From Eledone cirrhosa (taxonomy: Eukaryota), in the NCBI GenBank assembly GCA_964016885.1, contig OZ024756.1, forward strand, positions 14,818,001 through 14,882,000: a DNA stretch of 64,000 nucleotides. Reading direction: 5' to 3'. The notes beneath the pieces were generated by a model, which was given only the letters and a program-made list of their open reading frames with translations, had not been told where the DNA came from and made no database searches. Position numbers and translations under genes: made by a program. Of this stretch, positions 43,201-56,741 are shown one piece after another (positions within the stretch are counted from its first letter, which is position 1; each line of letters begins with the position of its first letter).

Positions 43201-46200
43201 CTTGTGTGGATGTGTGTGTGTGTGGTGTGTGAGAAGAGCACTATCTCTGTAAGAATGATATCCCACCTTGTGTGGATGTGTGTGTGTGTGGTGTGTGAGA
43301 AGAGCACTATCTCTGTAAGAATGATATCCCATCTTGTGTGGATGTGTGTGTGTGTGGTGTGTGAGAAGAGCACTATCTCTGTAAGAATGATATCCCACCT
43401 TGTGTGGATGTGTGTGTGTGGTGTGTGAGAAGAGCACTATCTCTGTAAGAATGATATCCCACCTTGTGTGGATGTGTGTGTGTGTGGTGTGTGAGTAGAG
43501 CACTATCTCTGTAAGAATGATATCCCACCTTGTGTGGATGTGTGTGTGTGTGGTGTGTGAGTAGAGCACTATCTCTGTAAGAATGATATCCCACCTTGTG
43601 TGGATGTGTGTGTGTGGTGTGGGAGAAGAGCACTATCTCTGTAAGAATGATATCCCACCTTGTGTGGATGTGTGTGTGTGTGGTGTGGGAGAAGAGCACT
43701 ATCTCTGTAAGAATGATATCCCACCTTGTGTGGATGTGTGTGTGTGGTGTGGGAGTAGAGCACTATCTCTGTAAGAATGATATCCCACCTTGTGTGGATG
43801 TGTGTGTGTGGTGTGTGAGAAGAGCACTATCTCTGTAAGAATGATATCCCACCTTGTGTGGATGTGTGTGTGTGTGTGGTGTGTGAGTAGAGCACTATCT
43901 CTGTAAGAATGATATCCCACCTTGTGTGGATGTGTGTGTGTGGTGTGTGAGAAGAGCACTATCTCTGTAAGAATGATATCCCACCTTGTGTGGATGTGTG
44001 TGTGTGTGTGGTGTGGGAGAAGAGCACTATCTCTGTAAGAATGATATCCCACCTTGTGTGGATGTGTGTGTGTGGTGTGTGAGAAGAGCACTATCTCTGT
44101 AAGAATGATATCCCACCTTGTGTGGATGTGTGTGTGTGTGGTGTGTGAGTAGAGCACTATCTCTGTAAGAATGATATCCCACCTTGTGTGGATGTGTGTG
44201 TGTGTGGTGTGTGAGTAGAGCACTATCTCTGTAAGAATGATATCCCACCTTGTGTGGATGTGTGTGTGTGGTGTGTGAGAAGAGCACTATCTCTGTAAGA
44301 ATGATATCCCACCTTGTGTGGATGTGTGTGTGTGTGGTGTGGGAGAAGAGCACTATCCCACCTTGTGTGGATGTGTGTGTGTGTGGTGTGTGAGTAGAGC
44401 ACTATCTCTGTAAGAATGATATCCCACCTTGTGTGGATGTGTGTGTGTGTGTGGTGTGTGAGTAGAGCACTATCTCTGTAAGAATGATATCCCACCTTGT
44501 GTGGATGTGTGTGTGTGGTGTGTGAGAAGAGCACTATCTCTGTAAGAATGATATCCCACCTTGTGTGGATGTGTGTGTGTGTGTGGTGTGGGAGAAGAGC
44601 ACTATCTCTGTAAGAATGATATCCCACCTTGTGTGGATGTGTGTGTGTGGTGTGGGAGTAGAGCACTATCTCTGTAAGAATGATATCCCACCTTGTGAGG
44701 ATGTGTGTGTGTGTGTGGTGTGGGAGTAGAGCACTATCTCTGTAAGAATGATATCCCACCTTGTGTGGATGTGTGTGTGTGGTGTGTGAGAAGAGCACTA
44801 TCTCTGTAAGAATGATATCCCACCTTGTGTGGATGTGTGTGGTGTGTGAGTAGAGCACTATCTCTGTAAGAATGATATCCCACCTTGTGTGGATGTGTGT
44901 GTGTGGTGTGTGAGAAGAGCACTATCTCTGTAAGAATGATATCCCACCTTGTGTGGATGTGTGTGTGTGGTGTGTGAGAAGAGCACTATCTCTGTAAGAA
45001 TGATATCCCACCTTGTGTGGATGTGTGGATGTGTGTGTGTGGTGTGTGAGAAGAGCACTATCTCTGTAAGAATGATATCCCTCCTTGTGTGGATGTGTGT
45101 GTGTGTGGTGTGTGAGTAGAGCACTATCTCTGTAAGAATGATATCCCACCTTGTGTGGATGTGTGTGTGTGGTGTGTGAGAAGAGCACTATCTCTGTAAG
45201 AATGATATCCCACCTTGTGTGGATGTGTGTGTGTGTGGTGTGTGAGTAGAGCACTATCTCTGTAAGAATGATATCCCTCCTTGTGTGGATGTGTGTGTGT
45301 GTGGTGTGGGAGAAGAGCACTATCTCTGTAAGAATGATATCCCACCTTGTGTGGATGTGTGTGTGTGTGGTGTGTGAGTAGAGCACTATCTCTGTAAGAA
45401 TGATATCCCACCTTGTGTGGATCTGTGTGTGTGGTGTGTGAGTAGAGCACTATCTCTGTAAGAATGATATCCCACCTTGTGTGGATGTGTGTGTGTGTGG
45501 TGTGTGAGTAGAGCACTATCTCTGTAAGAATGATATCCCACCTTGTGTGGATGTGTGTGTGTGGTGTGTGAGTAGAGCACTATCTCTGTAAGAATGATAT
45601 CCCACCTTGTGTGGATGTGTGTGTGTGTGGTGTGGGAGAAGAGCACTATCTCTGTAAGAATGATATCCCACCTTGTGTGGATGTGTGTGTGTGTGTGGTG
45701 TGTGAGTAGAGCACTATCTCTGTAAGAATGATATCCCACCTTGTGTGGATGTGTGTGTGTGGTGTGTGAGAAGAGCACTATCTCTGTAAGAATGATATCC
45801 CACCTTGTGTGGATGTGTGTGTGTGGTGTGTGAGTAGAGCACTATCTCTGTAAGAATGATATCCCACCTTGTGTGGATGTGTGTGTGTGTGGTGTGTGGT
45901 GTGTGAGTAGAGCACTATCTCTGTAAGAATGATATCCCACCTTGTGTGGATGTGTGTGTGTGGTGTGGGAGAAGAGCACTATCTCTGTAAGAATGATATC
46001 CCACCTTGTGTGGATGTGTGTGTGTGTGGTGTGTGAGTAGAGCACTATCTCTGTAAGAATGATATCCCACCTTGTGTGGATGTGTGTGTGTGAGTAGAGC
46101 ACTATCTCTGTAAGAATGATATCCCACCTTGTGTGGATGTGTGTGTGTGGTGTGGGAGAAGAGCACTATCTCTGTAAGAATGATATCCCACCTTGTGTGG

Positions 46201-46696
46201 CTGTGTGTGTGTGTGGTGTGTGAGTAGAGCACTATCTCTGTAAGAATGATATCCCACCTTGTGTGGATGTGTGTGTGTGGTTTGTGAGTAGAGCACTATC
46301 TCTGTAAGAATGATATCCCACCTTGTGTGGATGTGTGTGTGTGGTGTGGGAGTAGAGCACTATCTCTGTAAGAATGATATCCCACCTTGTGCGGATGTGT
46401 GTGTGTGTGGTGTGTGAGTAGAGCACTATCTCTGTAAGAATGATATCCCATCTTGTGTGGATGTGTGTGTGTGTGGTGTGTGAGTAGAGCACTATCTGTA
46501 AGAATGATATCCCTCCTTGTATTCACATACGCATATGCACATGTGTATATATGTATATTGTTTTTAATTATAATCAATGTGCTGTATTAACTGGCTTACC
46601 AATGCACACTGTGAATTTATTTGCCCTAGGGGTCAGGAAGACACTCGGCATATATCTCAGAAACAACAATGAAAGAAAATAAAAATAATAATAATA
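40233..46696 (+). mobile_element. 5'-truncated R4/Dong-clade non-LTR retrotransposon (restriction-like endonuclease 40236-40576; 3' UTR resumes 46500-46685), flanked by (TAA)n
   Basis: TDQTIKAYRPDIIVKD..LIDMSIP.D.NI..KE..K..KYKDL.IEI.KMW..IPVIVGALG..QK..L.GTA.VLRR with one frameshift; (TAA)n on both sides. Confidence 0.85.
40554..46519. repeat. ~65-bp satellite, roughly 90 units: GAG(A/T)AGAGCACTATCTCTGTAAGAATGATATCCCACCTTGTGTGGA(TG)nGTGTG
   Basis: Direct reading; unit length varies with the (TG)n count. Confidence 0.97.
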
Positions 46697-46871
46697 ATTG
46701 TTTCTACATTTGGCACAAGGCCAGCAATTACCCCAGTGTATTACTGGTACTTTATTTTATCGACCCCGTAAGGATGAAAGGCAAAGTTAACCTCGGTGGG
46801 ATTTGAACTCAGACCATAAAGGGCCGTAACTCATTGCTGTTAAGCATGGCGTCCGACCCTCTACCGATACT

Positions 46872-47020
46872 GTTGAAAATTACGATTATTACTGGAATTC
46901 TATAAGAATCAAACATTCGTAATTTTCAACAAACAGGCGGAGTAGTTAGCTTTGATAAGCACCAAAAAGTGCGAAACAGAGCTCTATCAACTTTATCTCC
47001 CCTGTTTGCTGAAAATTGAA
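46872..47020 (+). mobile_element. Fold-back remnant with a decayed hammerhead (46944-46992)
   Basis: UUGAUAA GCAC-CAAAAA-GUGC GAAA CAGAGCUCUA UC AACU. Confidence 0.45.
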
Positions 47021-47107
47021 GTCAGTGAGACTGTCACTACTATAAAACAATAGCGTAAGGTCTTCGAAATGCTTTTAATTAAGCATACAGTGTATTGCAA
47101 AATACAC

Positions 47108-47193
<86 letters not shown>

Positions 47194-47568
47194 TATTAGT
47201 TACTACAGTGACGTATACAGGTTCTTGAGTTTTGTTGAGCTGTTCACCTTAATTCATTTAGCCTGTTATAATAACAATGGTGGTCATTAAAGTTTGAATG
47301 TAATCTGTTTTGAAAAGAATATATAAGAGCTCTTCAAAGGCAGGTAATTTCCAGTGATATTACCCTTGGGTATTTCTATCAAACTGTTACTACAGTATAT
47401 ATATATAAAACACAAAGGAATTGTGGTAAGGAACCAGAGTACTCAATACTTAGGGTAGTAGAGTGGGAAATAGGAAAAAGTATGACCTCGACAGCAGAGC
47501 TCAAGCCGAAATAGTCCAGAAATAGCCGTCGAAACGGCTTGAGCTCTGCCGTCGGGGTCATACTATTT

Positions 47569-47628
<60 letters not shown>

Positions 47629-48179
47629 GAATATATATGTATATGGTATAATATAATATATATATATATGTGTGTGTGTGTGTAACTTTATCACATACCA
47701 CAGCTGCTTAGCGCACATCATACTCACACGCAGACGTGTGTGTGGGGGGGAGTGTGTGTGTGTGTGTGTGTGTGTGTCCTGATATCAAGTTATAAACACA
47801 ATTTATTGGTATAATAGTTATTTCTCTTACAGGCACCCCTCCCATACATACTTCCCTCACTTACACACACACACATATATATGTGTGTGTGTGTGAGTGT
47901 GTGTGTGTATGTATGTATATATATATATATATATACATATATTTCTGTTTCTACGCACCTTCCATGTGTGTTCTGTACATGTGTATATAGGTTGTATGCT
48001 ATGGAATCAGCACTTAAGATAATTTAATCGAGAGAAAACAATATTAACAATATTTATGGAACTATGATGTTAGGGAATGTCGGACAAGCGCCATTTTAAA
48101 AGACGCAATCACAATACTTTTGTATTCTCTGCTACACTCATTCTCTCTCCCTCTTTCTAACACACACACACACACAAAC

Positions 48180-48848
<669 letters not shown>

Positions 48849-49097
48849 CAGCCATAATGTCCTATATCTCGGCAAAACCTATTTCCAGCCTCCAAATATT
48901 CGTTAATCACTTTATGGAAGATAATATAAGCTGCGAGGAGGGGGGGGGGGGGGGCACAGGGGGGGGGGGGGGGTGACACACAATAAAACAGCTTCCAATT
49001 TGATGTCGAAACAAAGTCATCGTCGGTTCAATTCACTTCCTTTATCTACACAGAGAAATCATGCCGCTTGTATATGCTCTGTGTGTGTGTATGTGTA

Positions 49098-49132
<35 letters not shown>

Positions 49133-49230
49133 GAGAGAAGGAGTAAGAGGGGAGAGAGGTATATGTAGAGAGTGAGGGGAGAAGAATGAAGGAGAGATTT
49201 ATAGACAGACAGACAAATAGATAGATAGAT

Positions 49231-50788
49231 TTCTATTTATTGCCACTAGGGCGCAAAAGAAGGGGACAAATACAAGGGGGCGGGGGGCGGGGAGTTTACA
49301 CAAAAAGGCGAGTAAAGAAAACAAATAACAAATATAAAATTAACAATAAAGTCCTTAATAAGGAGGGGGCGTTTGGGGGGGTCGCACAAAAGTGTGCAAC
49401 CCCTTCTCCTCAGGAGCACAGAGAGAGGGTGCTCCCTCGTTCCTTCCTCTTTTCCACCTACAGGCTGATGTAGAGTGAAGGCCCATTCACACGGGCCATT
49501 CTCGCCACTTTCACCCACCTTTCATAAAAACGACTGGGGTTGAGCACCTCTCTCTCCATCCTGATCCTTATTCCGAAATGATATCGGAAGAAACGTATCA
49601 GTTGTTGGCCAGAGAGAAAGGTGCCCGACCTGTGTCCTTTAGACGCGTCCACCATACAACCTCTTTCACCATGGCTATTACGCACAGAAACACCGCCTCT
49701 CCTTCATTTTTGAAGGGGGGAGGCGGCTTAATCGTTACAATGGCCTCGGTTGTCAACCGGATCGGTCCCACCCGTGACAGCAGTCGTTCGTCATAGCCCC
49801 ACAGATCGGCTACGCCCGAGCAGTGTACCAATGCATGTGCAACGGTTTCCTCGTCGCACACGCATCTGGGACAGATCTTTTTGGCGGGGTCCCTACCCGG
49901 GCGCCCGTGTCTGTAGAGATTTTCTCGAACGGGTAGAGCCCCTCGGTAGCACTGCCAGGCCAGGGACTGCTGGAAGTTATCCATAGGTCCCGGGCTGAAT
50001 GTCCTACCGAACAGGCTGGCCAGTTCGTCTTCCTCCATGCCTATGGCTTCTCCGAGGGCGTCGTCGCACCTGAGAATGCCGCGGTGGAGTCTCCACTGAT
50101 AACCGGGTCCGCCTGCCAGAGGGCCGTGAGCAGATAGATAGATAGATAGATATGTTTCTTTATTAGCCACAGGGGGCACAAAAGAAGGGGACAAATACAA
50201 AGGGGGAAGTTTACATACAATAAAAACGTGTAAAATGTTATCACAAATGCAATTTAAAAAATTAGTCGATTTTCCCCAAAAGGGGGAGACAGTTCATATG
50301 GGTAACACATACCCCCCCCAAAAAAATGTGCAACCCTCATCTTCAGGAGTACGAAGAGTTTGTACTCCTTTCCTCTCCTCCTCCTTTTCCTCAACCTACA
50401 GGCTGATATAGAGAGAAGGCCCATTCACTCGGGCCATTCTCGCCACTTTCACCCACCTTTCATAAAACTTGCTGGGGTACAGCACCTCTCTCTCCATCCT
50501 GATTCTTCTTCCAAAGTGGTATTTGAAAAAAAGAATCAGTTGTTGGCCGGAGAGAAAGGTGTCTGACCTCAGCCCTTTCAACCTTGTCCACCATACAACC
50601 TCTTTCGCCATAGCTATCACACAAAGGAAAACCGCCTCGTCTTCATTTTTGAATAGATAGATAGATAGATAGATAGATAGATTTCTTTATTAGCCACAAG
50701 GGTGCAACAAGAAAGGGGACAATACAAAGACATGCCGGGGATTTTACATACAGTCGTGTAAAAAATATAAAAACAAACAATTTCAACA
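49231..50788 (-). mobile_element. Three tandem 5'-truncated Tx1-clade copies (49231-50131, 50153-50653, 50683-50788) separated by (GATA)n
   Basis: ORF2 C-termini ..RVNGPSLYISL* in the first two; shared 3' end with AATAAA; GATA tracts at every junction. Confidence 0.9.
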
Positions 50789-51042
50789 TAGATAGATAGA
50801 TAGATAGATAAATTTCTATTTATTTGCCACGAGGGCACAAAAGAAGGGGACATTTACACAGTGGGGGAGTTTACATAAATCGAGTAAAGAAAAAAGGAAT
50901 AACAATAATAATATAACAATAAAAAGTCCTCAAAAGGGAGGGGGCGTGTTGGGGATTGCACATACCCCCGAAAAGTGTGCAACTCTTTTCGCGGGGGAAG
51001 CCCAGAGAGGAGGCGCTCCCCCTTTCCTCTTCACTTCTTCAC

Positions 51043-54000
51043 CTACAGAACAATGTAGAGAGAAGGCCCATTTACACGGGCCATTCTCGCTTCTTTCACC
51101 CACCTTTCATAAAACTGTCTGGGACCAAGCACTTCTCTCTCCATCCTGATTCTTCTTCCGAAGTGGTATCGGAAGAAGTAAACCAGGTGATGGCCGGAGA
51201 GAAAGTCACCCGACCTCAGACTTTTCAGGCGCGTCCACCACACAACCTCTTTCATCATGGCTATTACGCACAGAAAGACCGCCTCTGCTTCATTTCTGAA
51301 GGGAGGAGGCGGCTTGATGTTCACCACAGACTCGGCGGTTAATCGAATCGGCGCCACACGCGACAGCAGTCGTTCGACGTAGCCCCACAGATCGGCAACG
51401 CCCGGGCAGTGTACCAGTGCATGCGCAACGGTCTCCTCGTCGCGCACGCATCTGGGACAGATCTTTTTCGCGGGATCCCTGCCCGGGCGCCCGTGTCTGT
51501 AGAGCTTTTCTCGAACGGGCAGAGCCCCCCGGTAACACTGCCAGGCTAGGGACCTCTGGAAGTTGTCCATGGGTCCCGGGCCGAAAGTTCTACCGAACAG
51601 GCTGGCCAGTTCGTCCTCCTCCATGCCTAGCGACTCTCCAAGGGTGTCGTCGCCCCTGCTAGCCACCAACCCTCTATAGAATGTCGAGGTGGATTCTCCA
51701 CTGACAGTCGGGTCCGCTTGCCAGATAGCCGTGAGCGCCTGGGCACACTCGGTGTGCCAGTTGCCCAGTTTTCTCGGTCTTTGCTTCACCCAGGATTGCA
51801 GTTCGGTGAGCGAGACGAGCTGTGGGAAGGCTCGCCTCACAAACGGGGCCCACACCGGCTGACCGTTGAGGAATACCTGTAGATGCCGTAGCCTCAATGC
51901 GTGCCTACGCATCAACAGCCACGGCATACCCAGCCCTCCTTTCGAAGGGTGCTGGCAGCAGATGGATCTCCTCACCATGGGAGGCCGCTTCTTCCAGAGG
52001 AACTGGAAGAGCATGCGTTCCATGATGGTGAGCTTTTCCTTGGGGCAAGGCACGACGGTCAGGCGGTAGTAGATGACGGACGCTATGTAAGCGTTCGTCA
52101 CCTCCGCCCGACCTTTCAGTGATAGTTTGCACTTGGCCCACTTCTGGGTCAGCGCAAACACCCTGCTCGTCACCTCGCCCCAATTCTTCTCCACCTGGAG
52201 GTCCGGTCCGAACCAGACCCCGAGCAGCTTCACCGGGCCCTCCGTCCACCGCCCGACGACACCGTCTAACGGCATCGGTTTGCCCCTCCACGTTCCGAGT
52301 TGCAAACCGACTGACTTGTCCTGGTTCAGCTTAGCCCCCGTCAGCCTTTCGTATTCCTCCAGTAGGGTGGCGATCGCCCCGATTTCCGAGGCGTCCGCCA
52401 CCATTACTGTTACGTCGTCGGCATAGGCCGAGACCGCTTTGTGCAATCCGGGTTCCAGGGGTATGCCCCGCAGCAACTCCAACTTCCGCAGCAGTGGCTC
52501 GAGAGTCAATACGTACAGAAGGGAGGAGAGGGGGCACCCCTGTCTGATGGATCGGGTGATTTGAAACGGCTCCGAGAGGTAGCCGTTTACTTTAATCCTA
52601 GAGTAGATGTTGCCACTGTGCATGGCAGAAATCCAGCCCCTGAAAACGGGTCCGAAGCCCGCCGCCGCTAGCACCGCATCCAGGTAACCATGGTCGACCC
52701 TATCGAACGCCTTAGATTGATCCAAGTTGATCAGGGCCCCACCAAAGCCGGGTTCGTAGCCAACCCTCTCTATGATGTATCGCATGAGGTGGAGGTTGTC
52801 GTGAATGGACCTGGACGGGATAGCGCATGTCTGCGCGTCTCCCACCAAACCACCCACCACAAGCGCCAACCTCTTCGCCAACACCTTGGCCAAAATCTGT
52901 AACTCTGCATTCAGCAGAGTTATGGGCCTAAAGTTACTTAAGTCGTCCCCCTTGCTCTCGTCCTTCCTCACTAGCGTGACCACGCCCTTGGTCACAGAAC
53001 AGGGAATTCTCCCGTTCTGTTGCCAGTTGCAATAGACAGCCTCGAGGAGTTCGGAGAACAAGACCGGCATAGCTAAATAAAGTTCGTATGGTAGACCATC
53101 GAGACCCGGGGATTTGCGTCTGCTGCATTGGCTGAGCGCTTCCCCGATTTCAGTGGCTGTGATTGGCCCTTCGCAGCACTCCGCTTCGCCGCTCGAAAGA
53201 CGCGGTAGACCGTCGAGGTATGGACCGAAGTCCACATCCCCGTCCGGCCCCCCGCCACCTCCGAACAGTCGAGCAAAGTGCCTTTGAAAGGTCTCGCACA
53301 TTCGCTCAGGTTCAAGGATCACCCGTCCATCCTGGTCTCGCAAAGACCGAATGGTGGATTTAATCCCACTCTTGGCTTCTGTCACGCGGGCCCAGCTAAC
53401 AGCTTTGGTCCCCTCGTTTCCTAAAGCACGTATTTTACTTCGGACAACGCAGCCTTCGTGCTTCGCGTCAAAGAACTGGCTCAATGCCGTTCTCGTCGCT
53501 AACACTCTGGCTACGTCTCCGCTCCTAATCGCCTCTTCTAGTTTATCTGTTAACTCCCTTTCCCTCCTATTTCTATTCGCCGCTAGTTCCTTACTGTAAC
53601 CTATCGAACTTACTCTAATCTCTCTCTTTAGAGATATCCACCACCTACTGTTGACGATCGCTCCCGTCAACCGCATCTTAACTAAGCTACTAATCCGGTT
53701 TCTGTAATCTTTCTTTGTCGGTAAGGACAAGTTCATCTTCCAGTAACCGGGACCCTGTCTATGCGTTCTATCAAGGTTGACCACGCAGGTCACTAATTTG
53801 TGATCTGAATAGCCAACCATGATCAGTTCTGGACAACTAAATACGTCCCTATCCTTACTCCTAACCAAAAACCTATCTAGGTACGATCTTGATTGTCCAC
53901 TGCGGTTTGCCCAGGTCCAGGTTGGCGCAGTTGGACAATCTAGTCGAAATCTATCGACCAGGTCGAATCGATCGAGTAACCCCTTGAGGCTGCTACACCC

Positions 54001-54476
54001 CCCTCTATCGGGACATGCCCCTGCATAGTCCCAACGCGCATCTAGGATTCCATTCCAGTCCCCCACTAAAAGCAGGGAACGCGACGTTCCTAGAAAAGTC
54101 TCCAGACGTTGGAAGAAGTCGGCTCTTTCCGCCCCGAAGGGAGCATAAAGACCGACCAGTCTGAAAGCCCCGCCTTCACCACCTCCGACGTCCAGCACCA
54201 GTAATCGACCCCCCGGGTCCGAGTGAACAATCTGTACGTCGAGAGTCAGACGTTTATCCAGCAGTACGGCAACCCCCCCCCCCCCCCGCCTCCGGGTTGA
54301 CAGAGAGATGCGTGCATCTCAAAGTCATCGAAGGCGGGCGCCAGCTGTCTCACGCTGCTGATCCGACTCTCGCAAACAACCATCACATCTATACTTTGTG
54401 ACCTGAGGTCACTTAGAAGCTTTGCTTGCTTCCAAGCTGAGCTCAGGCCACGCGCGTTCAAACAGCCAACTCTCAA
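51043..54476 (-). CDS. Tx1 ORF2: APE endonuclease, reverse transcriptase, C-terminal zinc knuckle (~1140 aa); one frameshift in a 15-nt homopolymer at 54273-54287
   Basis: LNARGL, E, GVAVL, VGLYAP, GDWN, SYLDRFL, SDHKLV; KSPGLDG, NFRPITLLN, LDQSKAFDRVDH, RQGCPLS, AYADD, KLLGV; CPRC..ETVAHALVHC. Confidence 0.92.
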
Positions 54477-54629
54477 TTGATCTATTTTGGTGTTGAAAGT
54501 GAAGAAAGAAAAGCACTTACCTCTCCGGGTTGCGTAATTTCCATGGCATCAGGTGTGTTGGGTGGAGGGATGTTTTGTGGTGGTGTGGGGGTACACGTGT
54601 GTGGTGGGGTTGGGGTATTTGGAGTTGTG

Positions 54630-56318
54630 TCAGGGAGAGGGGCGGTTATGGGGAAATCTTTCAAGAGGACGCGATTCAACGGTTTTAAACAGGGGGGGGC
54701 TCACGTCCCGTCTAAATTGTTCTTTTAAGGAACGATAAAGGTCCAGAGGGACCTTTATCATTTTTAAATGGGTGAAGTTCTCTGTTGAGATAAAGTTTGG
54801 CCCTTCGGTCTGCACCATAGGGTTATTGTTTATTAATTTAACCAGTTTTTTGTTTTCTTTATTTATATATGTGTATTGCAACGTCTTTTTTTGTGATGCT
54901 GTCAATGTTTCGGAGAGGGGAGGCGCAGATTTATTTTTGTTTGTTGAGGGTGGGGTGTTTTTGATTGGAGTTGGTGTTTGTGTGTGGGTTATTTGTGGTG
55001 TGCTGGGTGTGTGTTTTCTTTTTTTTCTTTTAACTTGTCTGAAGGCTTCTCCTCCTTCTTCTTCAGAAGTTGGGGGAAACTCTTCAGCGCTAGGTGGGAG
55101 GGACGTGTTGTGTGGTTGTTTTTTTTTTGCGGGAGGGGTAGATTTGTTACTGTTTTTTTTATTATTTGTTTGGAATGGGTTTTGTGGTGGTGGTGGTGGT
55201 AATGTTTGTGTCGTGCTTGTGGTTGGTGATGGTGGTGGTGATGTTTGTGTTGTGGTTGGTGGTGGTGATTTTTGTGTCGTGCTTGTGTTTGGTGCTGGTG
55301 GTGGTGATGTTTGTGTTGTGTTTGTGGTTGGTGGTGTCTGTATTTTGTTTGCTGTGTGTGGTATTAGTGTATTTTTGGAGGTGGGTGGTGCTGGTGTACT
55401 GTTTGTGGTGGGTGTGGGCAATAGTCCTTTTTGGGGGATACGTTTCGGGCAGTTAGCCTTAACGTGTCCCCTTTCCATGCATAAATAGCATGCTGGTCTT
55501 CTCCCCTCTACAATTATGTCTATTGGGGTAAGGTCATCCAGCCAGATGCGATCCGGGATTTGTGCTATTCTTTCGGGCCTCATTTGGACTAGTATGTCGA
55601 GGCCCATTCCCAGGAACGCATCTCCAGTTGCCTTCCCCATTGACAGCATAGTGTCTTCGCCCATATCAATGAAGCCAGCAATAGCCCACCAGAAGTCCAT
55701 TGTGGGCAGCATTGTTTTTACTTTTACTCTCTGTGTTCTTCTACCCATGTAGGAGGGATAGAAGCTATATGTTGTCGACGAGAGTGGGCTTAGGGAAAGC
55801 TTCTCCGCCGTTTCTTTGTCTCTTGTTAGGACCGAAATGCTGCCATAGAGTCGGTCCTTTCGTATGAAGAGAATATTCTTCATATAGTCTTTTAGGACTA
55901 ACTCTATTTCCATTTGGCTGGGCTGTGCTGGCTTTCTTGTCTGGTTCAGTATAGTTCTGTATATAACTGTGTTTTCTGCTCTGGCTTTCTTGAATTCTGG
56001 GGGGGAGTTAATGGAAAACATTCCGTTCTCCCCCAAAACAATATGTTTCTTTGCTTCGGCCAGTTTTTCTCTGGCGGCAGTTAGGTCAATTGGTGTGTAT
56101 GTAATGGATTGCTTTGTTTTCTGGGCGAAAGTTGCCCTGTCGTTATTTGTATTATTTTCTGTTTGTTTGTTTTCTGTTTGCTCATTTTCCTTAACATTTG
56201 TTTTTTCATTTTGTTTGTTTGTTTCAATGTCTAATTTTGTTGTAATTATTTTTTGTTCTTCAGACTTGGGGGGCGTGGCAGAGCTAATGGCAGACATGTC
56301 TGCCATCTTTTCCGCCAT
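54630..56318 (-). CDS. Tx1 ORF1 (gag-like, zinc knuckle, Pro/Thr-rich tail); may extend to 54482 if the G8 run at 54692-54699 is a frameshift
   Basis: First ATG at 56318; VEGRRPACYLCMERGHVKANCP; basic QVKRKKRK. Confidence 0.85.
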   Translation of the reverse strand: MAEKMADMSAISSATPPKSEEQKIITTKLDIETNKQNEKTNVKENEQTENKQTENNTNNDRATFAQKTKQSITYTPIDLTAAREKLAEAKKHIVLGENGMFSINSPPEFKKARAENTVIYRTILNQTRKPAQPSQMEIELVLKDYMKNILFIRKDRLYGSISVLTRDKETAEKLSLSPLSSTTYSFYPSYMGRRTQRVKVKTMLPTMDFWWAIAGFIDMGEDTMLSMGKATGDAFLGMGLDILVQMRPERIAQIPDRIWLDDLTPIDIIVEGRRPACYLCMERGHVKANCPKRIPQKGLLPTPTTNSTPAPPTSKNTLIPHTANKIQTPPTTNTTQTSPPPAPNTSTTQKSPPPTTTQTSPPPSPTTSTTQTLPPPPPQNPFQTNNKKNSNKSTPPAKKKQPHNTSLPPSAEEFPPTSEEEGGEAFRQVKRKKRKHTPSTPQITHTQTPTPIKNTPPSTNKNKSAPPLSETLTASQKKTLQYTYINKENKKLVKLINNNPMVQTEGPNFISTENFTHLKMIKVPLDLYRSLKEQFRRDVSPPLFKTVESRPLERFPHNRPSP

Positions 56319-56541
56319 GCTGCCAAGAAAGAAATTTTTCGGCAAAAATAGATATTTATTTTACCCCCTAAAAAGGGGGTAAATGCAAAAATGTTTCCCT
56401 AAATAACAGGGGTTAGTGTTCCAAATGTGTTGCACTAAAAAATTTATCCGGTACTTACAATAGTAAGGGTAAATCCCGATGGAATAGCGGAGCCGATGCG
56501 AAGCGTGTCTTACTCTATCAAGATAGATAGATAGATAGATA

Positions 56542-56741
56542 ATTTTCTTTTTATTTGCCACCAGGGCATTAAAAAGTGGGACAAGTACAATGGGGGGAGT
56601 TTACATAACAAGGCGTCCTCAATAAGGAGGAGGCAATAACAAAATATAAAAATAAAATAAAATATAATAAGATAAAATTTATAACAAAATCCTCAATAGA
56701 GAGGAGGCGCCTTGGGGGTCGCACACACCCCCGAAAAAAAA
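56542..56741 (-). mobile_element. Additional Tx1 3' UTR fragment between (GATA)n tracts
   Basis: tttatttgccaccagggc..gggggagtttacata..gggggtcgcaca matches the other 3' ends. Confidence 0.8.

Larger units (their letters stand above)
50811..56520 (-). mobile_element. Full-length Tx1-clade (L1-group) non-LTR retrotransposon
   Basis: 5' UTR, ORF1 with CCHC knuckle, ORF2 APE-RT-CCHC, 3' UTR; (GATA)n at both ends. Confidence 0.93.

Noticed and set aside
40554-46519. CRISPR-like array or His-rich protein ORFs
   Set aside because: The intervening segments are (TG)n variants rather than unique spacers, there are no cas genes, the context is eukaryotic, and frames shift with TG count.
54772-56382. 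Hydrophobic plus-strand ORFs
   Set aside because: They are antisense shadows of the A/C-rich Tx1 ORF1.
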